The notes under the pieces were generated by a model. The model did no database searches and had not been told where the DNA came from. It saw only the letters and a program-made list of their open reading frames with translations. From contig JAEEUR010000001.1 in assembly GCA_016290595.1 (NCBI GenBank), positions 1 through 60,574 on the forward strand: DNA of 60,574 bases, in the 5' to 3' direction. This DNA is from Lachnospiraceae bacterium. GTDB taxonomy: Bacteria > Bacillota > Clostridia > Lachnospirales > Lachnospiraceae. Position numbers and translations under genes: made by a program. This document shows, in pieces, positions 41,907-51,273 of the stretch (position 1 is its first letter; the number at the start of each line of letters is the position of its first letter).

Positions 41907-42467
41907 TCACCGATAGTACTTCTCGATGCCGCCGTAGCCTGTGATCATTTTGCCCGCGCGGGTCTTTTCCAGAAAGCTGTTCAGCCGCTTCCGGAATTCT
42001 TCCGGCCGCTTTCTTGCCGCGTCGATGTAGGCGATGCGGATGCGTTTGTACGGATCGGAAAAGCGCTGATATTTCTCCCAGACTTCCGGATCCTCTTTAA
42101 GGATCTCAAGAATGTCTTCCGGGAAAACGAAGGGCTCGCGGATGAGCGGAAGGACGCTTTCCCGGACCGAAGGGTGGATCAGGCCCTGTTCCTCCAGCCA
42201 GATCAGCCGCTCAATATTCGGCCGGGAGTAGGGGCTGCCCTTCCTTCTCGGCGTAAAGCGCCGGATATGATGCGTCTCGTCCAGGGTCCCCGCCCTGCCG
42301 TCGATCCAGCCGAAGCAGAGCGCCTCCTCCACCGCATCGTTGTAGGACAGGCTTTTTTCTCCGGAATCCTTCGTCGGGAAGACGAACCAGATCTCCGGGA
42401 GCGTTTCAAAGTGCTCTTCGAGATACCGGCGCCATTCGGCTCTTTCGCTTGCGTAAAAAAGTTCCAT
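41907..42467 (-). CDS. YdeI/OmpD-associated (DUF1801-related) family protein
   Basis: 186 aa. It reads ...WRRYLEEHFETLPEIWFVFPTKDSGEKSLSYNDAVEEALCFGWIDG.... Confidence 0.6.
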   Translation of the reverse strand: MELFYASERAEWRRYLEEHFETLPEIWFVFPTKDSGEKSLSYNDAVEEALCFGWIDGRAGTLDETHHIRRFTPRRKGSPYSRPNIERLIWLEEQGLIHPSVRESVLPLIREPFVFPEDILEILKEDPEVWEKYQRFSDPYKRIRIAYIDAARKRPEEFRKRLNSFLEKTRAGKMITGYGGIEKYYR

Positions 42468-42475
42468 CCGTTCTT

Positions 42476-43000
42476 TTACCGCTCTCCCAACAGTTCCAGG
42501 GCTTCCTCAAAGCTTACGGCATCGACGAGCTCTTCCCAGACGTCCTCGTTGTAATAGCGCACCGTGGTCTCGGCATCCATATAGTCGTTGTCGAAGGTGG
42601 AATTGGTGCCTTCGGGAATGATCACGTCAAAGCCTCTTTCAAAGGCGGATTTCACGCTGGCGTCGATGCAGTAATTCGTCTGCAGGCCGACGATCATCAG
42701 GCGCTTGTCTTCCTGCTTCTTCAGATATGCCTTCAGTTCCTTGTTGCCGAAGCAGCTGTTGATCGTCTTGACGAAGACTTTTTCGCCCGCTTCGGGGCGG
42801 ATCTCGTCGATGATCTCAAAGCCTTCATCTCCGGCGCCGAGACCGCTGCCCGGGCCGGCATCGTGCTGCACAAAGATCACTTCAACGCCGTTCTTTCTGG
42901 CCGCCCGAACCAGCCGGACCGTCCTGTCCAGAAACGTCTCATACGCATACAGGTCCTCATCCACGAGGGCCTTCTGCATGTCGATCACTAATAAAATCAT
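42476..43000 (-). CDS. isochorismatase-family cysteine hydrolase
   Basis: I prefer the start MILLVIDMQKALV. The catalytic Cys context is VGLQTNYCIDASV, and the Asp/Lys pattern is DMQ...VKT. Confidence 0.8.
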   Translation of the reverse strand: MILLVIDMQKALVDEDLYAYETFLDRTVRLVRAARKNGVEVIFVQHDAGPGSGLGAGDEGFEIIDEIRPEAGEKVFVKTINSCFGNKELKAYLKKQEDKRLMIVGLQTNYCIDASVKSAFERGFDVIIPEGTNSTFDNDYMDAETTVRYYNEDVWEELVDAVSFEEALELLGER

Positions 43001-43045
43001 CTTTTTTTCTCCCCGCGTCCGTCCGCAGACAGAACGCATTTTTCT

Positions 43046-43507
43046 CTATTCGATGCTTTTCAGGCCGTCGTACAGCTCGCTAAAGGACTTCATCTGCCGG
43101 CAGCGGCCGAAGGACAGCTCCCGGTCCTCGCCGAATTCGAGCAGGAAGCACTTGGCCAGTTCCTCGACCGTCTGTTCCAGCGCCGTAAAGAACTGCTGAT
43201 ACGCGAACTTTTCTGCCGCCGAGTTTTCTTCAAAGCAGTTTACGATCAGCGATTCCGTCACCTGATCCAGCGGATACATCTTGATATGCATCAGCTCGTG
43301 GACGATGACCTCCTCGACGTTTTCCTGCCTGGGCGACGACGCATTCAGGAGCAGGACCGCCTTCCTGTCGTCGCAGTCGATCTTAAAGTCGCCCGTCTTT
43401 CTCCAGGCGGGATCCTCCACGAATTCCAGCCTGACGTCCCAGGCCGGGGTGATCCGCAGCTTCCGGATATATTTTTCGAACAGATCCCTTGCTTTTTCTT
43501 TATCCAT
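43046..43507 (-). CDS. small HExxH-motif protein (putative zinc metallopeptidase fold)
   Basis: 153 aa and cytoplasmic. The only recognisable motif is EEVIVHELMHIKMYP. Confidence 0.3.
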   Translation of the reverse strand: MDKEKARDLFEKYIRKLRITPAWDVRLEFVEDPAWRKTGDFKIDCDDRKAVLLLNASSPRQENVEEVIVHELMHIKMYPLDQVTESLIVNCFEENSAAEKFAYQQFFTALEQTVEELAKCFLLEFGEDRELSFGRCRQMKSFSELYDGLKSIE

Positions 43508-43541
43508 GTTTTTCCCTCGTTTCGCCTTCCGCCGGCGCCGG

Positions 43542-44927
43542 TCAATAATGCCGGACGACCTCGAAGCGTTCCAGGCTGTAAGTTTCGTGTTCCCGGATGC
43601 CGGCCTTCTGTCTTGCGATCCGGATCTGCTCTTCGACCGTATCCACGCCGTCCAGATCCGGCAGCAGAAGCCCCCGTTTCCTTCCGTGGCTGACGATCAC
43701 GCCGTAGCGCTTCACGTCCAGCTGGTCCGGAGAATCGATCGGCTCGGCCTCGCCCAGCACGTCGACGCTGATCTCCAGATACTTCAGTTCATCCGCGGTG
43801 ATGGGGGAAAAGCGCGGATCCCGGGACGAGGCGCTGACGGCGTTCTGGACGATCTCCTTAGCGAGGCACTCTTCGACCGCGCTGATGGTCCCGATGCAGC
43901 CGCGCAGCTGTCCGTTCTTGTGGATGGAAACGAAGGCGCCGGCGCGTCTCGTCAGCAGCTCCGGCGGCAGGTCTTCCGGCACGGGAAGGACCTTGCGGCG
44001 CGTCACCCAGCTTTCCACGGAGGCCCGGGCAAGCCGTACGTAAGGGTCGCTCTTCGCCGCTCTCTCTTCCAGTTCCTTTTCCTGTTTCTCCAGATACGTT
44101 TCAAGAAAGTGCCGGCTCTCGTCCTTTCCTTCCGGATAGAAGCTGCAGATGCCGTAGCCCACGCCGGTCACGTCCTGGTGCGAGAAGACGCTGGCCCGCA
44201 CGCGGATGCCGTCGAAAGCGCCGGCCATGATCACGAAGGAGCGGTGGCCGCACTCGGCCGCCTTCTCGCAGAAAGTCTCGTCAAATTCCAGCAGCTCGCC
44301 GAAGGCCGCGCGGCCGCAGACGTCCATGATCCGGCGGTCGTATTCCGGGCCTTCCGGCGCAAAACCGTAGGGACCGTAGGGCTGAAGCTTGTGCGACAGA
44401 TCCCCGCTCGCCACGAACACCGTCCGGCGGCCGGTCTCCTCCGCCGCCTGCGCGATGATCTGCCCCAGGCGGTAATGGTCCGTGAGCGGCAGGCCGGACA
44501 GGCCTATCCGCAGGATCCTGCCGCCCGCGTATTTTTTCCGGATGAACCAGAGCGGCACCATCGTGCCGTGATCCAGTTCCGGATCCCGCTCGCCTAAGGT
44601 CCCGGCCGGAAAGCCTTCCGCGTCCGCAAGGCTCACGATGCGGTCCCGCAGTCCGGTGTCGTAGCTTTCCGAAAAGCGGACCTGCCCCGCCCGGAACTGC
44701 TTGAAGGAGCCCTTCGCGCCGTCCCCGGGGGAGATGTGGAAATAGTCCGCGTACATGATGCTGTGCGGGCTGGTGATGATGATGGTCTCCGGCTCAAGCG
44801 CGGCGATCGCGTCCGCGATCTGCTCATAAGACCTGGTCGTTTCTTTTATTTCTTCCTCGCCGCCGCGTCCGATCTCGGGAATGATCAGGGGCGGATGCGG
44901 GACCATAAAGGCTGCTGTGATCGGCAT
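43542..44927 (-). CDS. fusion protein: class III extradiol dioxygenase (LigB)-like domain + AMMECR1 domain (AmmeMemoRadiSam protein A)
   Basis: I prefer the start MPITAAFMVPHPPLIIPEIG, with GAGGTG 7 nt upstream and 5 nt after the MutS-like stop. The N-domain has VPHPP, LDHGT and SGDLSH. The C-domain has GAFVSIHKNGQLRGCIGT...GLLLPD. Confidence 0.8.
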   Translation of the reverse strand: MPITAAFMVPHPPLIIPEIGRGGEEEIKETTRSYEQIADAIAALEPETIIITSPHSIMYADYFHISPGDGAKGSFKQFRAGQVRFSESYDTGLRDRIVSLADAEGFPAGTLGERDPELDHGTMVPLWFIRKKYAGGRILRIGLSGLPLTDHYRLGQIIAQAAEETGRRTVFVASGDLSHKLQPYGPYGFAPEGPEYDRRIMDVCGRAAFGELLEFDETFCEKAAECGHRSFVIMAGAFDGIRVRASVFSHQDVTGVGYGICSFYPEGKDESRHFLETYLEKQEKELEERAAKSDPYVRLARASVESWVTRRKVLPVPEDLPPELLTRRAGAFVSIHKNGQLRGCIGTISAVEECLAKEIVQNAVSASSRDPRFSPITADELKYLEISVDVLGEAEPIDSPDQLDVKRYGVIVSHGRKRGLLLPDLDGVDTVEEQIRIARQKAGIREHETYSLERFEVVRHY

Positions 44928-44932
44928 GTCTG

Positions 44933-46453
44933 TCACCTCATCCATTTGTTCTGTGAATCTGCGGCATCTGCCCGGCTTTCCGTCAGGATCTCCTCCGGCA
45001 GGCCGAGCATACGGCAGATGGTAAGGGCATCCTGCGGGCAAGCCGCCTCGGTCTCCACCGGGATCAGGCCGTAGTCCATGGCGTTTTCGATGCGCCGCAG
45101 GGCGTCGAGACTGTTTTCGGGAGCAGCCTCTTCCGGCGTTTCCTCCAGCTTTTTCAGTCCTTTCACCTGATAATGCCGCGCCGCATACTGCGCCGCGCCG
45201 TCGTAGTGCGTCGCCAGCAGCGTCACCGCGTTCTTGTCGGACAGGTACTTCACCGTCCCCCGCGCAATGGCCGCGCCTTCGCGGGCGTTCGTGCCGCGCG
45301 CGAATTCATCCATCGCGATGAAGGACAGGCCGCCTTCCGCCAGATGCGCCGCCGCTTCGTTGAAGCGCAGGATCTCGCCGCCGAAGCTGGAAAGGCCCCG
45401 GGCCGCGTCGGATAAGTCTTTATTGATCAGCTCCAGCCGGTCAAAGAGCGGAATGAGAGCCTCTTCGGCAAAGACGAAGCAGCCGCTTAAGGCCAGAGCC
45501 AGATTTAACACGACAGTCTTCAGCGCCACGCTCTTGCCGCCCATATTGGCGCCGGTGAGCACCGTCACGCCCTTCGGCAGTCCGATGCTGATAGGTGTGA
45601 AGCGGCGGTTCCGTTCGGCGAGCGCCGCCGCGATCTGCGGATGCACCGCGTTCGTAAGAATCAGCGTTTCCCCTCCGATCTGCGGTCTTGTGCAGCCGAA
45701 GCGTCCGGCCAGCAGCGCCTTCGCCAGACAGGCGTCCAGGCGGCCGGCGGCCGCCGTATCCTTTTTCAGCGCCTTCAGATGCGGCCGCAGCGCTTCGCTC
45801 ATATCCTTATAGACGGCCTGCAGCGCGGCTTCCTCCGCTGCCGCCGCCGCCTGCCGTTTCTGCAGCAGATCTTCCCGAAGAGCACCCGGAGCCGTTTCTT
45901 CCGCAGCGTTTTCCGCCGGGGAGGCGCCGAGCTCCCGCAGCTGCCGCTCCAGGATACGCTTTTCTTCTCGCGCCGTCTGAAGCGCTTCGCTGCAGGAATC
46001 CTCCACGTAGAAGCTCAAGCGTCTGCCGCCTGAAGGATCCAGCACCTTCAGCGCCCCCTCCAGCGGCTCGAGATCTATATCAAATAACCGTTCAAAGACC
46101 GGGATCCCCTGCGCCTTTTCCCGCAGCGCTTCCAGGCGGCGGCAAAGCGCCGTCAGTTCAAAGAGTTCCACCTCCGAAAGCGCCTCGCTCTCACAGCGCG
46201 CAAAGCTGCCGGAGAGGTCTTTTAGGCCGTGCAGCGACTCCCTGAGGGAAAGCAGCCGGGCCTCATCCGTCCGCAGCGCGGCCAGGAGGAGCCCGACGTT
46301 ATCCAGTTCACGCTCCAGTTCTTCCTGCCGCTTAGGCCCGTAAAAGCCTTCCGCTTTCAGACGCTTTGCGCCGTAAGGGCAGACCGGCTCCAGCAGGTCC
46401 CGCACGTATTTATATCCCAGTTCTTCTTTCTGTTCGTAGGTCAGTATCATCAT
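44933..46453 (-). CDS. MutS-family ATPase (core + domain V only; no mismatch-binding domain I, no Smr)
   Basis: 506 aa. Walker A is LTGANMGGKSVALKT, the signature-like block is SSFGGEI, Walker B is FIAMDEFARGTN, and there is LLATHYDG. The N-terminal part is helical. Confidence 0.75.
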   Translation of the reverse strand: MMILTYEQKEELGYKYVRDLLEPVCPYGAKRLKAEGFYGPKRQEELERELDNVGLLLAALRTDEARLLSLRESLHGLKDLSGSFARCESEALSEVELFELTALCRRLEALREKAQGIPVFERLFDIDLEPLEGALKVLDPSGGRRLSFYVEDSCSEALQTAREEKRILERQLRELGASPAENAAEETAPGALREDLLQKRQAAAAAEEAALQAVYKDMSEALRPHLKALKKDTAAAGRLDACLAKALLAGRFGCTRPQIGGETLILTNAVHPQIAAALAERNRRFTPISIGLPKGVTVLTGANMGGKSVALKTVVLNLALALSGCFVFAEEALIPLFDRLELINKDLSDAARGLSSFGGEILRFNEAAAHLAEGGLSFIAMDEFARGTNAREGAAIARGTVKYLSDKNAVTLLATHYDGAAQYAARHYQVKGLKKLEETPEEAAPENSLDALRRIENAMDYGLIPVETEAACPQDALTICRMLGLPEEILTESRADAADSQNKWMR

Positions 46454-46499
46454 GGCTCTTGTTTTCCGGCCCGCTTCCGCGCAAGGCGAAGGCGGGACG

Positions 46500-47411
46500 T
46501 CATCCTTCTTTCATCACGTCCAGCACCGGGACGTCCACGGCCGCCTGCATCTTCGCCAGGAACTCCGCCGCGCCGAAGCGCCAGCCGCCGGCCGAAAAAG
46601 CATTGACCGTGACGGCTGCCAGCCGGCTGCCCTTCTGCACCGCAAAACGCAGGCCCTGTCCGCACAGACGCGCATACGTCCCGCGCTTCAGCATCAGGCA
46701 GCTGCTGTCCCGGACCGCCAGCGTCAGTCCTTCCTTCTTTCTGCCGTCGCGGACCATCGCCGCCGCGCGGGCTTCCGTGAGCGCGCCGGGAAGGACCGTC
46801 ACCCGCTCATCCGACAGCTCGGACTCCGTCAGTTCCGGCAGGCCCAGCAGCCTAGCCGTAAAAGCCGTCTCCGCCACCACCGTATCCATATCGCGGTCCA
46901 GCGAGGCGCCGGTGGAGAGCACACAGGCCCCGTCCGTCACGCCGGCCAGCGGGCTGCGGCGGCTCAAGGCTCCGTCGATCAGCACCTGATCCGCCCCGAA
47001 GGCTTCGAAAAGCTTCCGCAGCGGTCCCAGCTGCTCCACGATGGCCGGCCCCGCCAGCTGCACGAAGCCGTCGCTCTTCGCCCGGAAAAGGATCACCTCG
47101 CCCAGGCTGGTATAAAGGCCGGTGGAAGCCAGGATCTCCCGCGAAACGTCGCACAAAGGCAGCAGCTGCTCCGCCGTGGCGGCCAGCATGCCCTCGTACA
47201 GCCAGATCGGCGGCTTGTCCGTGCCGGTGACCAGATCGCGCCCCTCGCCGTCCCGGCCGATGCTGGTCAGGCCGAGCGTCCTTAAGCCGGCTTCGGCCGA
47301 CTCCCGGATCAGACGGTTCAAGGCGGTCGTCTTGCCCGCGTTTTTGCACATGCCCAGCATCGCCACGGCCGGCGCGCCGGAAACCAGATCCCTCAGCTTC
47401 ATCTCTTCCAC
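46500..47411 (-). CDS. P-loop protein of unknown function
   Basis: 303 aa. The Walker A-like segment is MLGMCKNAGKTTALNRL. I recognise nothing else. Confidence 0.4.
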   Translation of the reverse strand: MEEMKLRDLVSGAPAVAMLGMCKNAGKTTALNRLIRESAEAGLRTLGLTSIGRDGEGRDLVTGTDKPPIWLYEGMLAATAEQLLPLCDVSREILASTGLYTSLGEVILFRAKSDGFVQLAGPAIVEQLGPLRKLFEAFGADQVLIDGALSRRSPLAGVTDGACVLSTGASLDRDMDTVVAETAFTARLLGLPELTESELSDERVTVLPGALTEARAAAMVRDGRKKEGLTLAVRDSSCLMLKRGTYARLCGQGLRFAVQKGSRLAAVTVNAFSAGGWRFGAAEFLAKMQAAVDVPVLDVMKEG

Positions 47412-47527
47412 CCGTTCAGGCTTCGTTTCCTTTTGCGGAATTGTTGAACCTTACCGGAAAATATGATATCATACCCGGCGTAAACAGACAAGCCCCGGAG
47501 TATTCCGGACGGCTGCGGGAGGAAAAA

Positions 47528-48046
47528 ATGAAGGGTCTGATCCACATCTACTGCGGGGACGGAAAAGGCAAGACTACGGCTTCCGCCGGACTGGCGGTCC
47601 GCGCGGCCGGCGCCGGCAAAAAGGTGCTGTTCGTGCAGTTTTTAAAGAACGGAAACTCCGCCGAACTGGCGCCGCTCCAGACGCTCGGGATCAGGACCCG
47701 GGTATGCGGAAAAAAGCACGGCTTCATCTGGACCATGAGCGAAGAAGAAAAGGCCTGCGCGGCCGCGGATTACACCGCGCTGCTGCGGGAGGCCTTTGAG
47801 GCGGCGCGCGAAGGCGTCGATCTGCTGATCCTGGACGAGGCCGTCGGGGCGGCCGGCTGCGGCATGATCCCGGAGGCCGAGCTGATACGGCTTCTTAAAG
47901 ATCGTCCCGAGGGACTGGAAGTCGTTTTGACCGGCCGGGATCCGTCCGAAGCGCTTCAGGCCGAGGCGGACTATATCACCGAGATGAAAAAGATCCGCCA
48001 CCCCTTCGATAAGGGGATCGACGCCCGGCGGGGGATCGAGTACTGA
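47528..48046 (+). CDS. cobO: ATP:cob(I)alamin adenosyltransferase, CobA/CobO/BtuR type
   Basis: I prefer the start MKGLIHIYCGDGKGKTTASAGLAVRAAGAGKKVLFVQFLK, with GGGAGG upstream. It contains LILDE and the C-terminal HPFDKGIDARRGIEY. Confidence 0.88.
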   Translation: MKGLIHIYCGDGKGKTTASAGLAVRAAGAGKKVLFVQFLKNGNSAELAPLQTLGIRTRVCGKKHGFIWTMSEEEKACAAADYTALLREAFEAAREGVDLLILDEAVGAAGCGMIPEAELIRLLKDRPEGLEVVLTGRDPSEALQAEADYITEMKKIRHPFDKGIDARRGIEY

Positions 48047-48064
48047 ATAAATGAAATGCATCAG

Positions 48065-48091
48065 AAAAGCCGGCGGCCGCCGGCTTTTTTT
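48065..48091. terminator. bidirectional intrinsic terminator
   Basis: AAAA-GCCGGCGGCCGCCGGC-TTTTTTT sits between the convergent cobO and thpR. Confidence 0.8.
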
Positions 48092-48095
48092 GTTG

Positions 48096-48587
48096 TCAGA
48101 CGGAGAAGATCTCCGTATATATCCGTTTTCCGTCCCGGAGGTCCGAGCGCATCAGGGACACTTTTCTGACCATCATCTCGCCCTTCGGCGGCGGCAGCTT
48201 CTGCCAGGGCCCGCTCATCTCGCGGATGACGGTGATATGCGGCTGGAAGGCTTTCCGGTCGTATTCGATGCCGGCCGCGTCCAGCCCGCCGCGCACGTCC
48301 CGCACCAGCGCGCTTAAGCCCTGATTGCCCTTCAGGCCGATCCAGAGCAGGTTCCCGAAGACGCCGGGCTGCGTTAAGGAAAGGCGGAAGGGCTTGTACG
48401 TCAGCTGCTTCAGGGCTTCCTTTACCGGCGCCGCGTCCGCGCACTCGCCCAGGAAGGCCAGCGTCACGTGCAGGTTGCTGCCCGGTACGTAGCGTCCCTT
48501 GACGCCCAGTTTCTTTAAGCCGTGCATGCTCTCGATGAGCGCGGCTTTCATTTCATCCGTCAGCTGTATGGCGATAAATAAACGCAT
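48096..48587 (-). CDS. thpR: RNA 2',3'-cyclic phosphodiesterase (2H phosphoesterase)
   Basis: 163 aa with two HxT motifs: LHVTLAFLG and PHITVIR. Confidence 0.88.
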   Translation of the reverse strand: MRLFIAIQLTDEMKAALIESMHGLKKLGVKGRYVPGSNLHVTLAFLGECADAAPVKEALKQLTYKPFRLSLTQPGVFGNLLWIGLKGNQGLSALVRDVRGGLDAAGIEYDRKAFQPHITVIREMSGPWQKLPPPKGEMMVRKVSLMRSDLRDGKRIYTEIFSV

Positions 48588-48634
48588 GAGCTCTCCTTTC
48601 CGGCCTTCTTAGGCCCGCCCGATGCCTTACGGTC

Positions 48635-49108
48635 TCAGAATTTCGATACGTCTCCGTTCAGGACCGCGCCGGTGAGTTCGTCTCCGTGATAGTTCAGCTT
48701 CAGGGAGAAAAAGGGTTCGTTTTCCCGGATCAGGCGGAAAAAGACCGCGTCGCCTTCCCACTGCGGAAGCGAAGAGATCTCTTCGTCCGGCACCCAGCGC
48801 AGGACGCCCTCGTCGCAGTCCTTGAGCTCGCCTTCGAAACCGTCCGCCGTAAACAGATGCATATATTCGGTCTCCGGCCAGGTATCGTTCGCAAAGGTTA
48901 CGATCCCGCGGAAGCGGAAGCTCGTCAGCGTGAGGCCCGTTTCTTCCTTTACTTCCCGGAGCAGGCAGTCTTCCGGACTCTCGCCCGCCTCGAACTTGCC
49001 GCCGATGCCGACCCACTTGCCCTCGTTGAGGTCGTGCGCCTTTTTGACGCGGTGGAGGAGCAGGGTCTTTCCGTCTTTTTGTATGTAGCAGAGGGTGGTT
49101 AAAAACAT
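48635..49108 (-). CDS. NUDIX hydrolase (MutT-like)
   Basis: 157 aa. The Nudix box is GGKFEAGESPEDCLLREVKEETG. Confidence 0.85.
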   Translation of the reverse strand: MFLTTLCYIQKDGKTLLLHRVKKAHDLNEGKWVGIGGKFEAGESPEDCLLREVKEETGLTLTSFRFRGIVTFANDTWPETEYMHLFTADGFEGELKDCDEGVLRWVPDEEISSLPQWEGDAVFFRLIRENEPFFSLKLNYHGDELTGAVLNGDVSKF

Positions 49109-49110
49109 TT

Positions 49111-51273
49111 TTACTGAACGCCTCTCTTATAATTGCCGCGCGTGATGGCAAGGTCCTCCGGCCGGGCGGGCTTTTCGCCGCGCCGAAGAGCGTCCGCAAA
49201 GAGGTCCAGGATGCGCTTCGTTTCCGCCGCGCTCTCATCCGTAAACTGCAGCCGCCAGGCAGCCTCGTCCCGCGCGATATCGCCCAGGAACAGCGGCACC
49301 GCGTTGTAGATCACGCCCATGCAGAAGCGGCAGCGGCTCTCGCAGGGCATTTCCGCCCCGGTCCGGTCCGTGAGCTGCGTAAACTGCGGGTCCTCAAGCG
49401 CCGCTCTCCCGGCCGCTTTCAGGCATCCGTCCTTCGTACGCTTCACACACTGCGCGGAGACCATGAGCGGGATCCGTCCGTAAACGACCTGCTCGCGCGG
49501 CAGGAAGCGGGCCTCGCCGTAGTCCTTTTCGTGCAGCTCCAGCGGCAGCGTCAGAGCTTCCGCGCCGGCCTTCGTCAGGAAGGCCTCCGCCTCCCGGTTC
49601 CAGGCATAGACGCCCGCGTCCGCGATCCGCTTTCCGGGAAGCTTGTTTTCCTGCCAGAAGGCCAGCTCGTCCAGGCTGCGCAGCAGCACGCCGTCCGGAG
49701 CGGCCTCCCGCAGCTGCCGCAGAGTCTCCTCCTTCTCGAAGAGGCGCCGCGCCTCCTGCCGGAACACGAAGGGCAGGGCGTAATAGGCTTTCTTTCCGGC
49801 TTCGTGAAGCCTTGCCACCTGCTCCGCCAGCTCCTCCGGCGGGATATAATCCGCCGGCAGATAGATCCCTTCCACCTCCGGGACGGACAGAGCCGCCTCC
49901 AGCTGCGCCCGGCTGTCAGCCAGCACGTTCAGGGCCGGCCGCTCCGGCTGCGGCAGAGCCTTCCCGCCCGCCTCCGCCGGGAGCACGCCCGCCTCCTGTC
50001 GGCGGAACGGGGCCAGCATCGCTTCTTTTAAGGAATCAAGGGCGCTGCGCCGCAGGGCGTTCAGCTCGCTGACCGGAATAAAGCAGCTTCCCTTCACTTC
50101 GGCCGCCAGATCCCGGAACACAAAATCGCTCTCCCCGGTCTTGCCGATCTGCTTTCTTACCTGCTCTTCCGTTAACGGCCGGTTCGACGCCGTCTGCGCG
50201 GCCGCGCCTTTCGTGTCAAGAGATATTTTCCTGAAAGATACCATCAGAAGTGATTCTTTATTTTCTTCGACAATAACATTTCCTGATATCACCACCGGAT
50301 CCGGACTTAAATACTTTTCTTCTATGGCCAGCCGTTTCTCCTCCGGCAGGCTGATGCGCGTCTGCTTTCCGGCCGGATTGATCATTTCCTTCCCGTTATG
50401 GCGCTTAAAGTACCCGTCGGTGAAATCGCCCCGGTTGAAGAGCTCAAACAAGAGCTGCTTATCTTCCTTCCGCACGCGGTACGCGCCGCCCGCCTCCAGC
50501 TGATCCAGATATTTCCGGTACACGCCGACTACGCCGGCCGTATAGAGCGGGCTCTTCATGCGGCCTTCGATCTTCAGGGACTTCGCGCCCGCCTCCTTTA
50601 AGGCCGGCAGCAGATCCAGCGCGCACAGATCCCGCATGTTCAGGTAGGAACCGCCCTCGTAGAGCAGGCGGCAGGGCTGGGCGCAGCGCCCGCGGTTGCC
50701 GCTCCGTCCGCCCAGAAAGCTGCTCATCAGGCACTGTCCCGAATAGCAGTAGCACAGCGCTCCGTGGATAAAGACCTCCAGATCGATGCCCGTCCGTTCC
50801 CAGATCAGGCGGATCTCCTGAAGCGAGAGCTCCCGCGGCAGCACCAGGCGCTTTAAGCCCTGCGCCTTTAAGAGCGCCGCCCCCTCCGGTCCGCAGACGG
50901 TCATCTGCGTGGAACCGTGCAGCGGCAGATCCGGGAAGGCTTCCCGCAAGAAACGAAAAACGCCGAAGTCCTGTATGATCACCGCGTCCAGCCCCGTCTC
51001 GTACAGAGGCTTTAAGTAATCGTACAGTTCTTCGCCGATCTCGGAATTTTTCAGTAAGGTGTTGACGGTCAGATAGAGCTTTTTCCCGCGCAGATGGGTA
51101 TAGTCGATCGCGCGCTTGACGCCGTCGTCGTCCGGATTGTCCGCATACGCCCGCGCGCCGAAGCGCGGGCCGCCCATATAGACCGCATCCGCGCCGGCGT
51201 GAAAGGCCGCCTGCATGCTCTCAAAGGAGCCGGCCGGCGCCAGCAGCTCCATCGCGTCAGTTTTTTTCGTCAT
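49111..51273 (-). CDS. peptidase U32 family protein (long form)
   Basis: 720 aa, MELLAPAGSFESMQAAFHAGADAVYMGG...EVFIHGALCYCYSGQCLMSS.... The start is ambiguous between 51273, which overlaps zapA by 17 nt, and Met-8 at 51252. Confidence 0.85.
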   Translation of the reverse strand: MTKKTDAMELLAPAGSFESMQAAFHAGADAVYMGGPRFGARAYADNPDDDGVKRAIDYTHLRGKKLYLTVNTLLKNSEIGEELYDYLKPLYETGLDAVIIQDFGVFRFLREAFPDLPLHGSTQMTVCGPEGAALLKAQGLKRLVLPRELSLQEIRLIWERTGIDLEVFIHGALCYCYSGQCLMSSFLGGRSGNRGRCAQPCRLLYEGGSYLNMRDLCALDLLPALKEAGAKSLKIEGRMKSPLYTAGVVGVYRKYLDQLEAGGAYRVRKEDKQLLFELFNRGDFTDGYFKRHNGKEMINPAGKQTRISLPEEKRLAIEEKYLSPDPVVISGNVIVEENKESLLMVSFRKISLDTKGAAAQTASNRPLTEEQVRKQIGKTGESDFVFRDLAAEVKGSCFIPVSELNALRRSALDSLKEAMLAPFRRQEAGVLPAEAGGKALPQPERPALNVLADSRAQLEAALSVPEVEGIYLPADYIPPEELAEQVARLHEAGKKAYYALPFVFRQEARRLFEKEETLRQLREAAPDGVLLRSLDELAFWQENKLPGKRIADAGVYAWNREAEAFLTKAGAEALTLPLELHEKDYGEARFLPREQVVYGRIPLMVSAQCVKRTKDGCLKAAGRAALEDPQFTQLTDRTGAEMPCESRCRFCMGVIYNAVPLFLGDIARDEAAWRLQFTDESAAETKRILDLFADALRRGEKPARPEDLAITRGNYKRGVQ

